Origin: Botrimarina sp.
Lineage (GTDB): Bacteria; Planctomycetota; Planctomycetia; Pirellulales; Lacipirellulaceae
NCBI RefSeq assembly: GCF_040219535.1
Contig: NZ_JAVJSH010000002.1
Location: 16,370 to 80,369 of the forward strand
DNA length: 64,000 nt
Direction: 5' to 3'
Shown here: piece after piece, positions 29,088 through 40,008 of the stretch
Layout of the letters: every line of letters begins with the position of its first letter
Position numbering within the stretch: position 1 is the stretch's first letter
Position numbers and translations under genes: made by a program
Notes under the pieces: generated by a model
Databases searched by the model: none
Told to the model about the DNA's origin: nothing
Seen by the model: the letters and a program-made list of their open reading frames with translations, nothing else

Positions 29088-29692
29088 ACCCGCCATTCCT
29101 CTCCGGACTGGGACTGCTTGACGACAACAAACGGCCGGTCTGCGTCGTCCAGGAGGCTAAACCCCAGCGGGAGCACGTTGCTGCGGAGCTCGGCGTCGCC
29201 GACACCCGCTTTGCCGACTTCCGACAGTCGACTCCCGTCGTGGCGGTACAATTCCAGCAGCCAGGGCCGGCGGTCGACAAGCAGCAGCTCGCTCACTCCC
29301 ACGCGTGCATAGAAGTCGAGTTTCTCCCGCGACTTGTCGTCTTTGCTGACGACTTCCACAACAAAGTCGGCGCTGTTCCAGAACACGCCGTGGCACTCCG
29401 CCGTGGTGTCCGACAGAAAGGCGACCACGTCGGGGCAGCGGTAGTCCCGCTTCCAGTCCGCAGGATTGGCCGAGATATTCACGCCGGGACGCACGCGGCC
29501 GAGTTTTCGAACTTGGACCGCTTCCCACAGAGCGTGGGTTACGCCGGCGACGATCTCTTGGTGCTCGTCTTCAGGATAAGCGTGCATGACGTAGACCCCG
29601 TCCCAGACCTCGTCGTACTTGTCGGCGCCCGACTCGCGCCGTTGCCGGCGGAGTTCGGCCTCGAGTTCGGGGTCGGCTAGCAACACGGCCAT
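29084..29692 (-). CDS. Uma2 family (DUF820) endonuclease, second copy
   Basis: The Uma2 pattern is present: [50 protein letters not shown]. Confidence 0.75.
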   Translation of the reverse strand: MAVLLADPELEAELRRQRRESGADKYDEVWDGVYVMHAYPEDEHQEIVAGVTHALWEAVQVRKLGRVRPGVNISANPADWKRDYRCPDVVAFLSDTTAECHGVFWNSADFVVEVVSKDDKSREKLDFYARVGVSELLLVDRRPWLLELYRHDGSRLSEVGKAGVGDAELRSNVLPLGFSLLDDADRPFVVVKQSQSGEEWRV

Positions 29693-29745
29693 GGCGGGGG
29701 GCTCCGAGAGAGGGCGGCTGCTCGATTATAGCCCGCCGCGGCGCC

Positions 29746-29952
29746 TCAGTCCTTCAGAACGAAGGTCACCATCAGCGTCACGCGGTAGGCCTTGATCTGG
29801 TCTCCCTCGACCTCGACCTTCTGGTCTTTCACCCAAGCGCTCTTCACGTTGTCGAGCGTCTTGCACGCGCGGTCGATCCCCATCTCGACGGCGTCTTCGA
29901 AGCTCTTGTCGCTCGAGGCGATGATCTCGGTTACGCGGGCGACCGACGACAT
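29746..29952 (-). CDS. dodecin family flavin-binding protein
   Basis: SVARVTEIIASSDKSFEDAVEMGIDRACKTLDNV..W.....VEVEGDQIKAYRVTLMVTFVL matches the dodecin pattern. The start is at MSSVARV. Confidence 0.75.
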   Translation of the reverse strand: MSSVARVTEIIASSDKSFEDAVEMGIDRACKTLDNVKSAWVKDQKVEVEGDQIKAYRVTLMVTFVLKD

Positions 29953-30071
29953 GGCTGGGGCTCCGTTCGATTGGGGAAGGGGAAGCAGCAAACTCCCCGT
30001 AGGCTACCGCCATTCGCCGCGCATTGCACGCAAGCCCTCTGTGTGCGGCGCCGCGTTTGTCGTTCCCGCCC

Positions 30072-30797
30072 TCAATCGCTGCTATCGCTAGCCACCGGCT
30101 CGAGCGTTAGCTGGGCCTCCCAGTACTTCGACTTGTCGGGGACCGACGGGCCGTTATAGCCGAACAAGCGGAACGGCTCATCGCCCGCCGCGCGGTACTC
30201 GGACTGGCCGTCGAGCCACGCCTGGAGGGTGGCCCGCGCTTCGTCGGCGGCTTGTTCGGTCATCCTGCCCCGCACGCCGAGCGAGGCCACCGTGGTCGCC
30301 GGCGCGTCCTCGACCCGGACGCCGTCGACCGGACCCTCCTGGCCGACGCTGGTGCTCTGGTAGAGGAAAGCCATCGCGCCGTCGTTGCCGCGCGGCGCGT
30401 CGGCCATCTCGACCGGCGCGGTCATCGGGATGCCCTGCTTCTGGATGTGCTGGAAGAGCGGCCAGAACGACGGGCCCACCGCCTTGCGGTAGGCCGGGTA
30501 CTCCTTGACCTCGATCACGCCCACCGGCGTGTACGCCGGGAAGCCCTCGGGCAAGGGGGCCTCGTCGTAGGGGCGGAACGAGAGCATATCGCGGGCCTCG
30601 TCCAAGCGGCCCTGCTCGATCGCTTCGCGCGCGGGGCTGTGCGGCTCGATCTCGCCGGCCGCCGCTGGCAAGTCCTCGAGCCAGCCCTGCACTTCTTCGG
30701 GCAGCGGCATCCGCTTGCCCTGCCCCGCGGCGATAGCGACTCCGCCGGCCAAGACCGCCACGGCGGCCGCGAATCGCTTCCAGTTGAACCAACGCAT
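30072..30797 (-). CDS. SOUL/heme-binding-protein family protein with signal peptide
   Basis: The signal peptide is MRWFNWKRFAAAVAVLAGGVAIAAG. A SOUL-like segment is YTPVGVIEVKEYPAYRKAV..MTAPV..GYNGPSVP..YWEAQL. Confidence 0.55.
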   Translation of the reverse strand: MRWFNWKRFAAAVAVLAGGVAIAAGQGKRMPLPEEVQGWLEDLPAAAGEIEPHSPAREAIEQGRLDEARDMLSFRPYDEAPLPEGFPAYTPVGVIEVKEYPAYRKAVGPSFWPLFQHIQKQGIPMTAPVEMADAPRGNDGAMAFLYQSTSVGQEGPVDGVRVEDAPATTVASLGVRGRMTEQAADEARATLQAWLDGQSEYRAAGDEPFRLFGYNGPSVPDKSKYWEAQLTLEPVASDSSD

Positions 30798-30887
30798 CGC
30801 GTCACCTCTCCATTGGAATGTCTGAAGGCCCAGCCGGAGTGTAGGAGCCTCCGATCGGAGTGACTGCCCGTTGCGTGTAGTTAGAGA

Positions 30888-30957
30888 GCCCACGAATCGA
30901 TCGAATCGGCGAGAGCCGCTCTTCGCAAAACGATTAGCAGCGATTCGATTCGTGGGC
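30888..30957 (-). terminator. hairpin immediately downstream of metH (no clear U-tract)
   Basis: GCCCACGAATCGATCGAATCG (30888-30908) is complementary to CGATTCGATTCGTGGGC (30941-30957). The structure starts 9 nt after the metH stop. Confidence 0.35.
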
Positions 30958-30965
30958 CTCTGCGC

Positions 30966-34721
<3,756 letters not shown>

Positions 34722-34860
34722 AGGTACCAGCGGGTGGGGGTGCGAACGAGGATCGGCTCTTCGGGACCCCGCGCGAGCCGCCCGAACACCGGGCCGCGCC
34801 GTGGATCCCAACGGGGGAGCAGCCCCCTATTATCCCCAGACCGCAGGGCGTTCCCACCCG

Positions 34861-34906
34861 TAAAAACAAACGCGGCGGCCCCGGGGTTCGCCCCCGGGGC
34901 CGCCGC
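34861..34906 (-). terminator. intrinsic terminator after the SET-domain gene
   Basis: A 15-bp perfect GC stem (34906-34892 / 34886-34872) has a 5-nt loop. On the minus strand it is followed by GUUUGUUUUUA. It begins 32 nt after the stop at 34939. Confidence 0.8.
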
Positions 34907-34938
34907 GCGGTGTCGTTAGGAGAGTGTCGAGGCGCTCG

Positions 34939-35385
34939 TCAGGCCGTCGCGGCGGCGGCCGTGACCAGCCGCCGACCGGCGACCCACCCGCGGCAGTTCT
35001 CGGCGCCGCAGCGGCACTCGAACGGCCGGAAGAGCACGTCTTCGGTGTGGTTGTAGTCCATCGTGAGCAGGTCGCCCGGCTCGATGTCCTTCAGAGCGTG
35101 GTAGAGCCTGGTTTCGGGGTCCAGACGCGAGTTCGGATCGCAGCTGTGCAACGTCATGCCGGCGAACCAGGGGTCGTCCAGGTGCAGCCCGGGGCCGACC
35201 TGGAGCGAGTGCTGGGTCATCCGTGTGGTGAGTCTGCCGTTCATCCTGAAAAGCACGTCGCCGGCCAGGAATTCCCGCAACACCACGACCCCTCGGCCGC
35301 GGTTTTCATCCACGTCGATGACGCGGAAGTCGCCCGCACGCGGCTCGTCGGCCACCACGGGCAAGTGTTGGGGGTAAATTCTCAT
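34939..35385 (-). CDS. SET domain protein (putative lysine methyltransferase)
   Basis: RGRGVVVLREFLAGDVL.., LHSCDPN, TMDYN and a post-SET-like CRCGAENCRG are present. The ATG at 35385 overlaps the upstream stop (ATGA). Confidence 0.7.
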   Translation of the reverse strand: MRIYPQHLPVVADEPRAGDFRVIDVDENRGRGVVVLREFLAGDVLFRMNGRLTTRMTQHSLQVGPGLHLDDPWFAGMTLHSCDPNSRLDPETRLYHALKDIEPGDLLTMDYNHTEDVLFRPFECRCGAENCRGWVAGRRLVTAAAATA

Positions 35386-35774
35386 TTCCTGTAAATCACC
35401 TCGCAGCTGAGATCGGACGGGGAAAGAAACTCTTCGACGACGCGGCGCACGGTGGCCTCGTCGAACGGCTTGCAACTGAAGACGTCCAGGTACATGTCCC
35501 GGTGGGCGTCGTTCGTGTGGATCGTGATCGCGCTGGTCGTGATCAGCTGTACGCCCGAGAGGCCGATGTCGTTCCCCTCGCCGAAGCGGGCGACGATCGG
35601 CGGCCCGAAGCGGACCATGTCGATGTCGTCCGCCATCTGCACGAGGAACTCGTACATCTTCTCGATCGAGAGGATGTTCTCGTTGCACCCCAGCGCCGTG
35701 GCGACGCAGTGCTGCCCGTAGTGGGGCTCGCCGTTGTGGGTGATCTTGCGGTATTCGGTCAGGGTCGTGGGCAT
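35382..35774 (-). CDS. S-adenosylmethionine decarboxylase-fold (SpeH/SpeD class 1) homologue, divergent processing site
   Basis: GVQLITTSAITIHTNDAHRDMYLDVFSCKPFD aligns by eye with the class-1 AdoMetDC motif ..ES-H.SIHT.PE.....D.F.CG. Here the residues are TS-A instead of ES-H. Confidence 0.6.
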   Translation of the reverse strand: MPTTLTEYRKITHNGEPHYGQHCVATALGCNENILSIEKMYEFLVQMADDIDMVRFGPPIVARFGEGNDIGLSGVQLITTSAITIHTNDAHRDMYLDVFSCKPFDEATVRRVVEEFLSPSDLSCEVIYRK

Positions 35775-36293
35775 TCGCGGAGGGGCCTCGAGCGATAGCA
35801 AAAGTGGGAATCTCAGGAGCGGTCCGCCGGCGCGCAGACGCCCGGTGCGGGACCACAACGTGAAGCGAGAGACGCGACGTGATAGGTGGGGGAACCGCAC
35901 CGCCCGAGCTTGCCGGGTCGACCCGTTTGCCGGATCAACCCAACTCTGCCGGACCAGTGCGCCGAGTGTGACGACGCTTGCGTTGTCAGCGCTCTGGGAC
36001 GAGCCGCCGAGGTCTGCCGCGTGGGGAGACCAATCGTCGCGATATCCGTCAGCTCTTCAGGGACGGCTCGTGTGGCCTTACCTGACACTAATGCCCCGGT
36101 TGCCGCAAGAGCGAAGCCGCAAAGTTTCTCGGCGCTGCCCCAATCCCCGTGGCGAGAGAGCGGCCCCCGACGAGGGGCGCCCTCTCGCGCCGCTCGCCGA
36201 GGCAGACCACCGCTTGGCGCTCGCGGCCCAGATTGGCTATGATTCGGGGCTTGCGTCGCCGTGCCGGGCCTGGGCCCGGCTCGACGCTCGCCA

Positions 36294-36367
36294 GCCAGCG
36301 TAGCTTCAATTGGCAGAGCACCGCATTCGTAATGCGGGGGTTGCGGGTTCGACTCCCGCCGCTGGCT
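36294..36367 (+). tRNA. tRNA-Thr (anticodon CGU)
   Basis: Cloverleaf folded by hand. The acceptor is GCCAGCG/CGCTGGC. The D-arm is GCTT-CAATTGGCA-GAGC. The anticodon stem is CCGCA/TGCGG with loop TTCGTAA. The T-arm is GCGGG-TTCGACT-CCCGC. The discriminator is T and there is no encoded CCA. Confidence 0.9.
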
Positions 36368-36377
36368 CTTCACTAGC

Positions 36378-36467
36378 GGGCAGTAGGCAGACGGCGGCTG
36401 GCAGCCTCGCCGTCGAGCACCGATCCGCCCGCGATACCCGGCCCGCTGCCCCCCCTGCCCTCTGCCC
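36378..36467. repeat. imperfect inverted repeat of GGCAG-type heptamers (GGGCAGTAGGCAG ... CTGCCCTCTGCCC)
   Basis: Read directly. The arms are 36378-36390 and 36455-36467, with 11 of 13 positions complementary. It lies between the tRNA-Thr and the next start codon. Confidence 0.5.
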
Positions 36468-36475
36468 AGTTGAAC

Positions 36476-37801
36476 ATGACGGCGCTCGACACCGACCTGA
36501 AGCAAGCCATCCTCTCGACCGCGGCCTTCGGCCCCCGTGAGATCTCCGAAATCACGGCCGGCATCGCCGCCAACTACAGCCGCTACGGCGAGCTGAAGGA
36601 AGCCGTCCAAGAGCTCGAGGCCCAGCCCAGCCGCACCCCGGCGACCTCGGCCAAGCTGGGCGTGTGCCTGTACCTGCTGGGCCGCTACTCCAACGCGATC
36701 GACGTGCTCAGCAAGGCCGACGGCGGCGCCCTCACGCACTTCTACCTCGGCAAGTCGAAGCTCGCCCTGGACCGCTACGACGAGGCCGTGCAGTCCTACG
36801 AGTCGGCCGGCAAGGCCGGCTACGACAAGGACGCCGTCGCCCTCGCCCAAGCCGAAGCCGTCCGCTACTCGGGCGACCCCCAAGGCGCGCTGAAGCTGCT
36901 CGACGGGCTCTCCGGCGCCGTCGAGCAAACCGCCGACTACCTCTACCAGCGCTCGGCCACCGTGCAGGCCCTGTCGGGCAACCCGGAGGAGGTCGTCGCG
37001 CTGCTGGAACGCGCGGTCGCGGCCGACCCGGCCCACGGCGGCGCCCTGTTCGGCCTCGCCCTAGAGAACGACCGCCGCGGCAACGACGACTACGCCCGCA
37101 ACCTGTACGAGAAGGCGGCCCAGCAGTTCCCGACCCACGTGGGCACGCTGCTGAACCTCGGCGTGCTGTACGAGGACCTCGAGCAGTACGAGCGGGCCAA
37201 GGGCTGCTACCAGCGGATCCTCGACGTGTACCCCGGTCACCAGCGGGCCCGGCTGTTCTTCAAGGACGCCGACGGCAGCCGCGACATGTTCTACGACGAG
37301 GAGGCCCGCCGGCAGCAGGACCGCCTCGCGCAGGTGCTGGCGATCCCGGTCACCGACTTCGAGCTCAGCGTCCGCAGCCGCAACTGCCTGCAACGCATGG
37401 GCATCATGACGCTCGGCGACCTCACCGAGACGACCGAGCAAGAGCTGCTGGCCAGCAAGAACTTCGGCGAGACCTCGCTCGTCGAGATCCGCGAGATGCT
37501 CAGCTCCAAGGGCCTCGAGCTCGGCCAGTTCGCCCACCAGAAACGCGAACAAGACCCCCCCTACAACCCCGACGCGCTGTCGGCCGACGAGCGGGCCCTG
37601 CTCGACCGGCCGATCAGCGACCTCAGCCTGTCGGTCCGCGCCCGCAAGTGCATGGTGCGTCTGGGCCTGACCACGGTCGGCGAGCTGGTCCGCCGCACCC
37701 CCGACGACCTGCTGGAGTGCAAGAACTTCGGCGTCACGAGCCTGAACGAGGTCCGCGAAAAGCTGACCGTCCACGGCCTGAAGCTCCGCGGCGAAGCCTA
37801 G
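36476..37801 (+). CDS. TPR-repeat protein with two C-terminal RNA polymerase alpha-CTD-like domains
   Basis: TPR-like repeats occupy the N-terminal half. Two copies of an alpha-CTD-like segment follow: FELSVRSRNCLQRMGIMTLGDL..ELLASKNFGETSLVEIREML and LSLSVRARKCMVRLGLTTVGELV..DLLECKNFGVTSLNEVREKL. Confidence 0.7.
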   Translation: MTALDTDLKQAILSTAAFGPREISEITAGIAANYSRYGELKEAVQELEAQPSRTPATSAKLGVCLYLLGRYSNAIDVLSKADGGALTHFYLGKSKLALDRYDEAVQSYESAGKAGYDKDAVALAQAEAVRYSGDPQGALKLLDGLSGAVEQTADYLYQRSATVQALSGNPEEVVALLERAVAADPAHGGALFGLALENDRRGNDDYARNLYEKAAQQFPTHVGTLLNLGVLYEDLEQYERAKGCYQRILDVYPGHQRARLFFKDADGSRDMFYDEEARRQQDRLAQVLAIPVTDFELSVRSRNCLQRMGIMTLGDLTETTEQELLASKNFGETSLVEIREMLSSKGLELGQFAHQKREQDPPYNPDALSADERALLDRPISDLSLSVRARKCMVRLGLTTVGELVRRTPDDLLECKNFGVTSLNEVREKLTVHGLKLRGEA

Positions 37802-37805
37802 TGAA

Positions 37806-37886
37806 AGGCGCTAGTTCGACGGCGCTAGGCGCTAGTTTCTACTCGGTCAGCAAGGCCTAGCGCCGAGCGCCTCTCAGCTAGCGCCT
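37806..37886. repeat. nested hairpin built from GGCGCTA heptamers (REP-like element, family A)
   Basis: The outer stem is AGGCGCTAG 37806-37814 / CTAGCGCCT 37878-37886. The inner stem is GGCGCTAGGCGCTAG 37821-37835 / CTAGCGCCGAGCGCC 37857-37871 (14 of 15 pairs). It fills the gap between the stop at 37801 and the tgt ATG at 37891. Confidence 0.8.
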
Positions 37887-37890
37887 GGCC

Positions 37891-39033
37891 ATGCCGCCCG
37901 TTTGGTACGAGCCGATCTCCCTGGACCCCACCGGCGCACGGCGGGGCCGGCTCCACACGCCGCACGGGGCCATCGAGCTGCCCGCGTTCATGCCGGTCGG
38001 CACGGCCGGCACGGTCAAGGGCGTCGATTGCGAGCGGCTCGCCGAGACCGGCGCCCAGATGGTGCTCGGCAACACGTACCACCTGCTGCTCCGCCCCGGC
38101 CCAGAAACCGTGGCCGCCCTCGGTGGCCTCCACGCCCTCAGCGGCTGGGCCGGGCCGATGCTCACCGACTCCGGCGGGTTCCAGGTCTTTAGCCTGGCCG
38201 ACAAGCGCCGTATCGACGAGCACGGCGTGCGGTTCCAGTCGCACGTCAACGGCGACACGGTCGAGCTCACCCCCGAATCCTCCGTCTGGGTGCAAGAGCA
38301 GCTCGGCGCCGACGTGGCGATGGTGCTCGACCACGTGATCGAGCTGCCGGCCGACCGCGACGCCGTCCGCGACGCGATGCTCCGCAGCCAGCGGTGGGCC
38401 GAGCGCTGCGTGTCGGCCGCCACGCGCCGGGACCAATCCCTGTTCGGCATCGTGCAAGGCGGCCTCGACGCGGAGCTCCGGCAAGAATCGGCCGAGGGAC
38501 TCCTTGAGCTCGACCTGGCGGGCTACGCGATCGGCGGGCTCAGCGTGGGCGAGCCGGCCGCCGACATGTACCGGACGATCTCCGCGACCACCCCGTGCTT
38601 GCCGCCGGACAAGCCCCGCTACCTGATGGGCGTGGGGACGCCCCGCGACCTGCTCGAGGCCGTCGAGCGCGGGGTCGACATGTTCGACTGCGTGATGCCG
38701 ACCCGCAACGGCCGTAACGCCCTGGCTTACACGGCCAGCGGCCCGCTCCGCATGCGGAACGCCCGCCACACGCTCGACCCACGGCCGCTGGAAGACGACT
38801 GCCCGTGCGTGGCGTGCCGGCGGCACAGCCGCGGCTACTTGCGGCACTTGTTCATGGCCGGCGAGATGCTCGGCCCGATCTTGCTGTCGATCCACAACCT
38901 GACCTTCTACCAGCGTCTGATGGCCGACACGCGCCGCGCGATCGAAGCCGGCCGGTTCGCGGCGTTCAAGGCCCAGCGGCAGCTCGCTTGGCGGACCGCC
39001 GAGCAGAGCGCCGAGGAGTGCGGCGAGAATTAG
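37891..39033 (+). CDS. tgt: tRNA-guanine transglycosylase (queuine tRNA-ribosyltransferase)
   Basis: [22 protein letters not shown], the LGIVQGG-type motifs and the zinc site [17 protein letters not shown] are present. Confidence 0.95.
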   Translation: MPPVWYEPISLDPTGARRGRLHTPHGAIELPAFMPVGTAGTVKGVDCERLAETGAQMVLGNTYHLLLRPGPETVAALGGLHALSGWAGPMLTDSGGFQVFSLADKRRIDEHGVRFQSHVNGDTVELTPESSVWVQEQLGADVAMVLDHVIELPADRDAVRDAMLRSQRWAERCVSAATRRDQSLFGIVQGGLDAELRQESAEGLLELDLAGYAIGGLSVGEPAADMYRTISATTPCLPPDKPRYLMGVGTPRDLLEAVERGVDMFDCVMPTRNGRNALAYTASGPLRMRNARHTLDPRPLEDDCPCVACRRHSRGYLRHLFMAGEMLGPILLSIHNLTFYQRLMADTRRAIEAGRFAAFKAQRQLAWRTAEQSAEECGEN

Positions 39034-39325
39034 CCACGAAACGCGGCGAGCCGCTTCCCTTTTCGTTTGAAACGCGACAGACACCCGGCGCAGCGCGTGT
39101 AACGCTAAAAACGCGCTTTTTCGCCCTAAGCTCAGGCGCGGCATCGGGTTGTGATACGTTACGCGCCGCGCGACGAGTAACGTTATCGGCCCCTCGCCCC
39201 CGACGCGGCGTTCGATTCTCGCCGATCGCGCCACGCGCAAGCCCGCTTTTGGCCGCCGCCGGCCGGACAGGCGACAGCGGACGGCGGAACGTCGCGTGCC
39301 CGCGGCCCAAGCAGTGCACCCCCAA

Positions 39326-39353
39326 CCGCATTCCGCATTCCGCATCCCGCATT
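39326..39353. repeat. four tandem CCGCATT heptamers (third unit CCGCATC)
   Basis: Read directly in the tgt-yajC spacer. I found no complementary arm nearby. Confidence 0.8.
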
Positions 39354-39557
39354 CCCGACGCCCGGCGGCCCTGCCAAACGGCCGGCGACGGCGCGCGGAG
39401 CGTCTCCCCTTTCCGCTTTGGCGGCAAGGCTTTACCATTCGCGGTTTCCGTCCGATCGCCCAAGCCAGGCAGGGGGGCGCTCGCCGCTGGTGCGGCGCCC
39501 GCGCCGCGAGGCCCAGTGTCGTTTTTGATCCCGCCGTTGTTGCTGCTCTTCGATCCG

Positions 39558-39935
39558 ATGCGGGGCTCCGCCCTCGACGGGTGGGCCCACGCTGGGCTGG
39601 TCCACGCTGGGCTGGTCCATGCTGGTTCGGCGTTGGCCCAGGCCGACGGCGGGGGCGGCGCTGGCGCGCTGACGGCCCTGCTGCCGTTCGTGGCGATGCT
39701 GGCGCTGGTGTACTTCCTGTTCGTGGTTCCGCAGCGGACCAAGGACAAGCGGTTCCAGCAGATGCTCGACGGCATCAAAGAGAACGATCGGGTGGTCACC
39801 ACCGGCGGCCTGCACGGCGTGGTCACCAACATCCAACGCGACGCGGGCCGGCTCACGCTCCGCGTCGACGAGTCGACCGGCGCCAAGGTCCGAGTCGCCC
39901 TGTGGGCGATCGACTCGGTCGAGCGCGACGACTGA
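39558..39935 (+). CDS. yajC: preprotein translocase subunit YajC
   Basis: A TM helix is followed by the YajC motif LLPFVAMLALVYFLFVVPQRTKDKRFQQML..GDRVVTTGGLHG.V. An alternative in-frame TTG at 39633 would place the 15-nt repeats outside the CDS. Confidence 0.8.
   Translation: MRGSALDGWAHAGLVHAGLVHAGSALAQADGGGGAGALTALLPFVAMLALVYFLFVVPQRTKDKRFQQMLDGIKENDRVVTTGGLHGVVTNIQRDAGRLTLRVDESTGAKVRVALWAIDSVERDD
39586..39630. repeat. three tandem 15-nt units (CCCACGCTGGGCTGG / TCCACGCTGGGCTGG / TCCATGCTGGTTCGG)
   Basis: Read directly. If the ATG at 39558 is used they are in frame and encode HAGLV-HAGLV-HAG. Confidence 0.8.
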
Positions 39936-40008
39936 CGCTGCCCCCTCAACACACTCCGCCGCCGCGACGGTCCTCCCGCGGCGCCCCCGACAATAACCGA
40001 TTCCCGTC

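Noticed and set aside
34722-34860. Cobalamin or SAM riboswitch in the metH 5' region
   Set aside because: No B12-box-like or SAM-I-like consensus is visible. I cannot exclude it without cmscan, but nothing supports it.
35775-36293. Roughly 520-nt ORF-poor region upstream of tRNA-Thr as a possible RNase P RNA, tmRNA, SRP RNA or 6S RNA
   Set aside because: By eye I found none of the conserved strings: GAGGAAAGTCC, a tRNA-like 3' end with GGTTCGA..CCA, or GGAAGCAGCC. Only short palindromes are present (CGGGTCGACCCG at 35913-35924 and GCCGGGC/GCCCGGC near 36262-36280). A covariance-model scan would be needed to exclude an ncRNA.
36294-36367. tRNA-Thr as an integration hotspot with an adjacent genomic island
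   Set aside because: There is no integrase, no direct repeat of the tRNA 3' end and no mobile genes on either side. The flanking genes look native.
35813-37036. 407-aa minus-strand ORF
   Set aside because: It runs straight through the tRNA-Thr gene, is antisense to the TPR/alpha-CTD gene, and has no motifs.
38805-39952. Long ORFs on both strands across the tgt-yajC spacer
   Set aside because: Only the last roughly 126 codons of the plus-strand frame match YajC. The rest is low-complexity sequence that includes translated heptamer repeats (MRNAECGMRNAECG on the minus strand).
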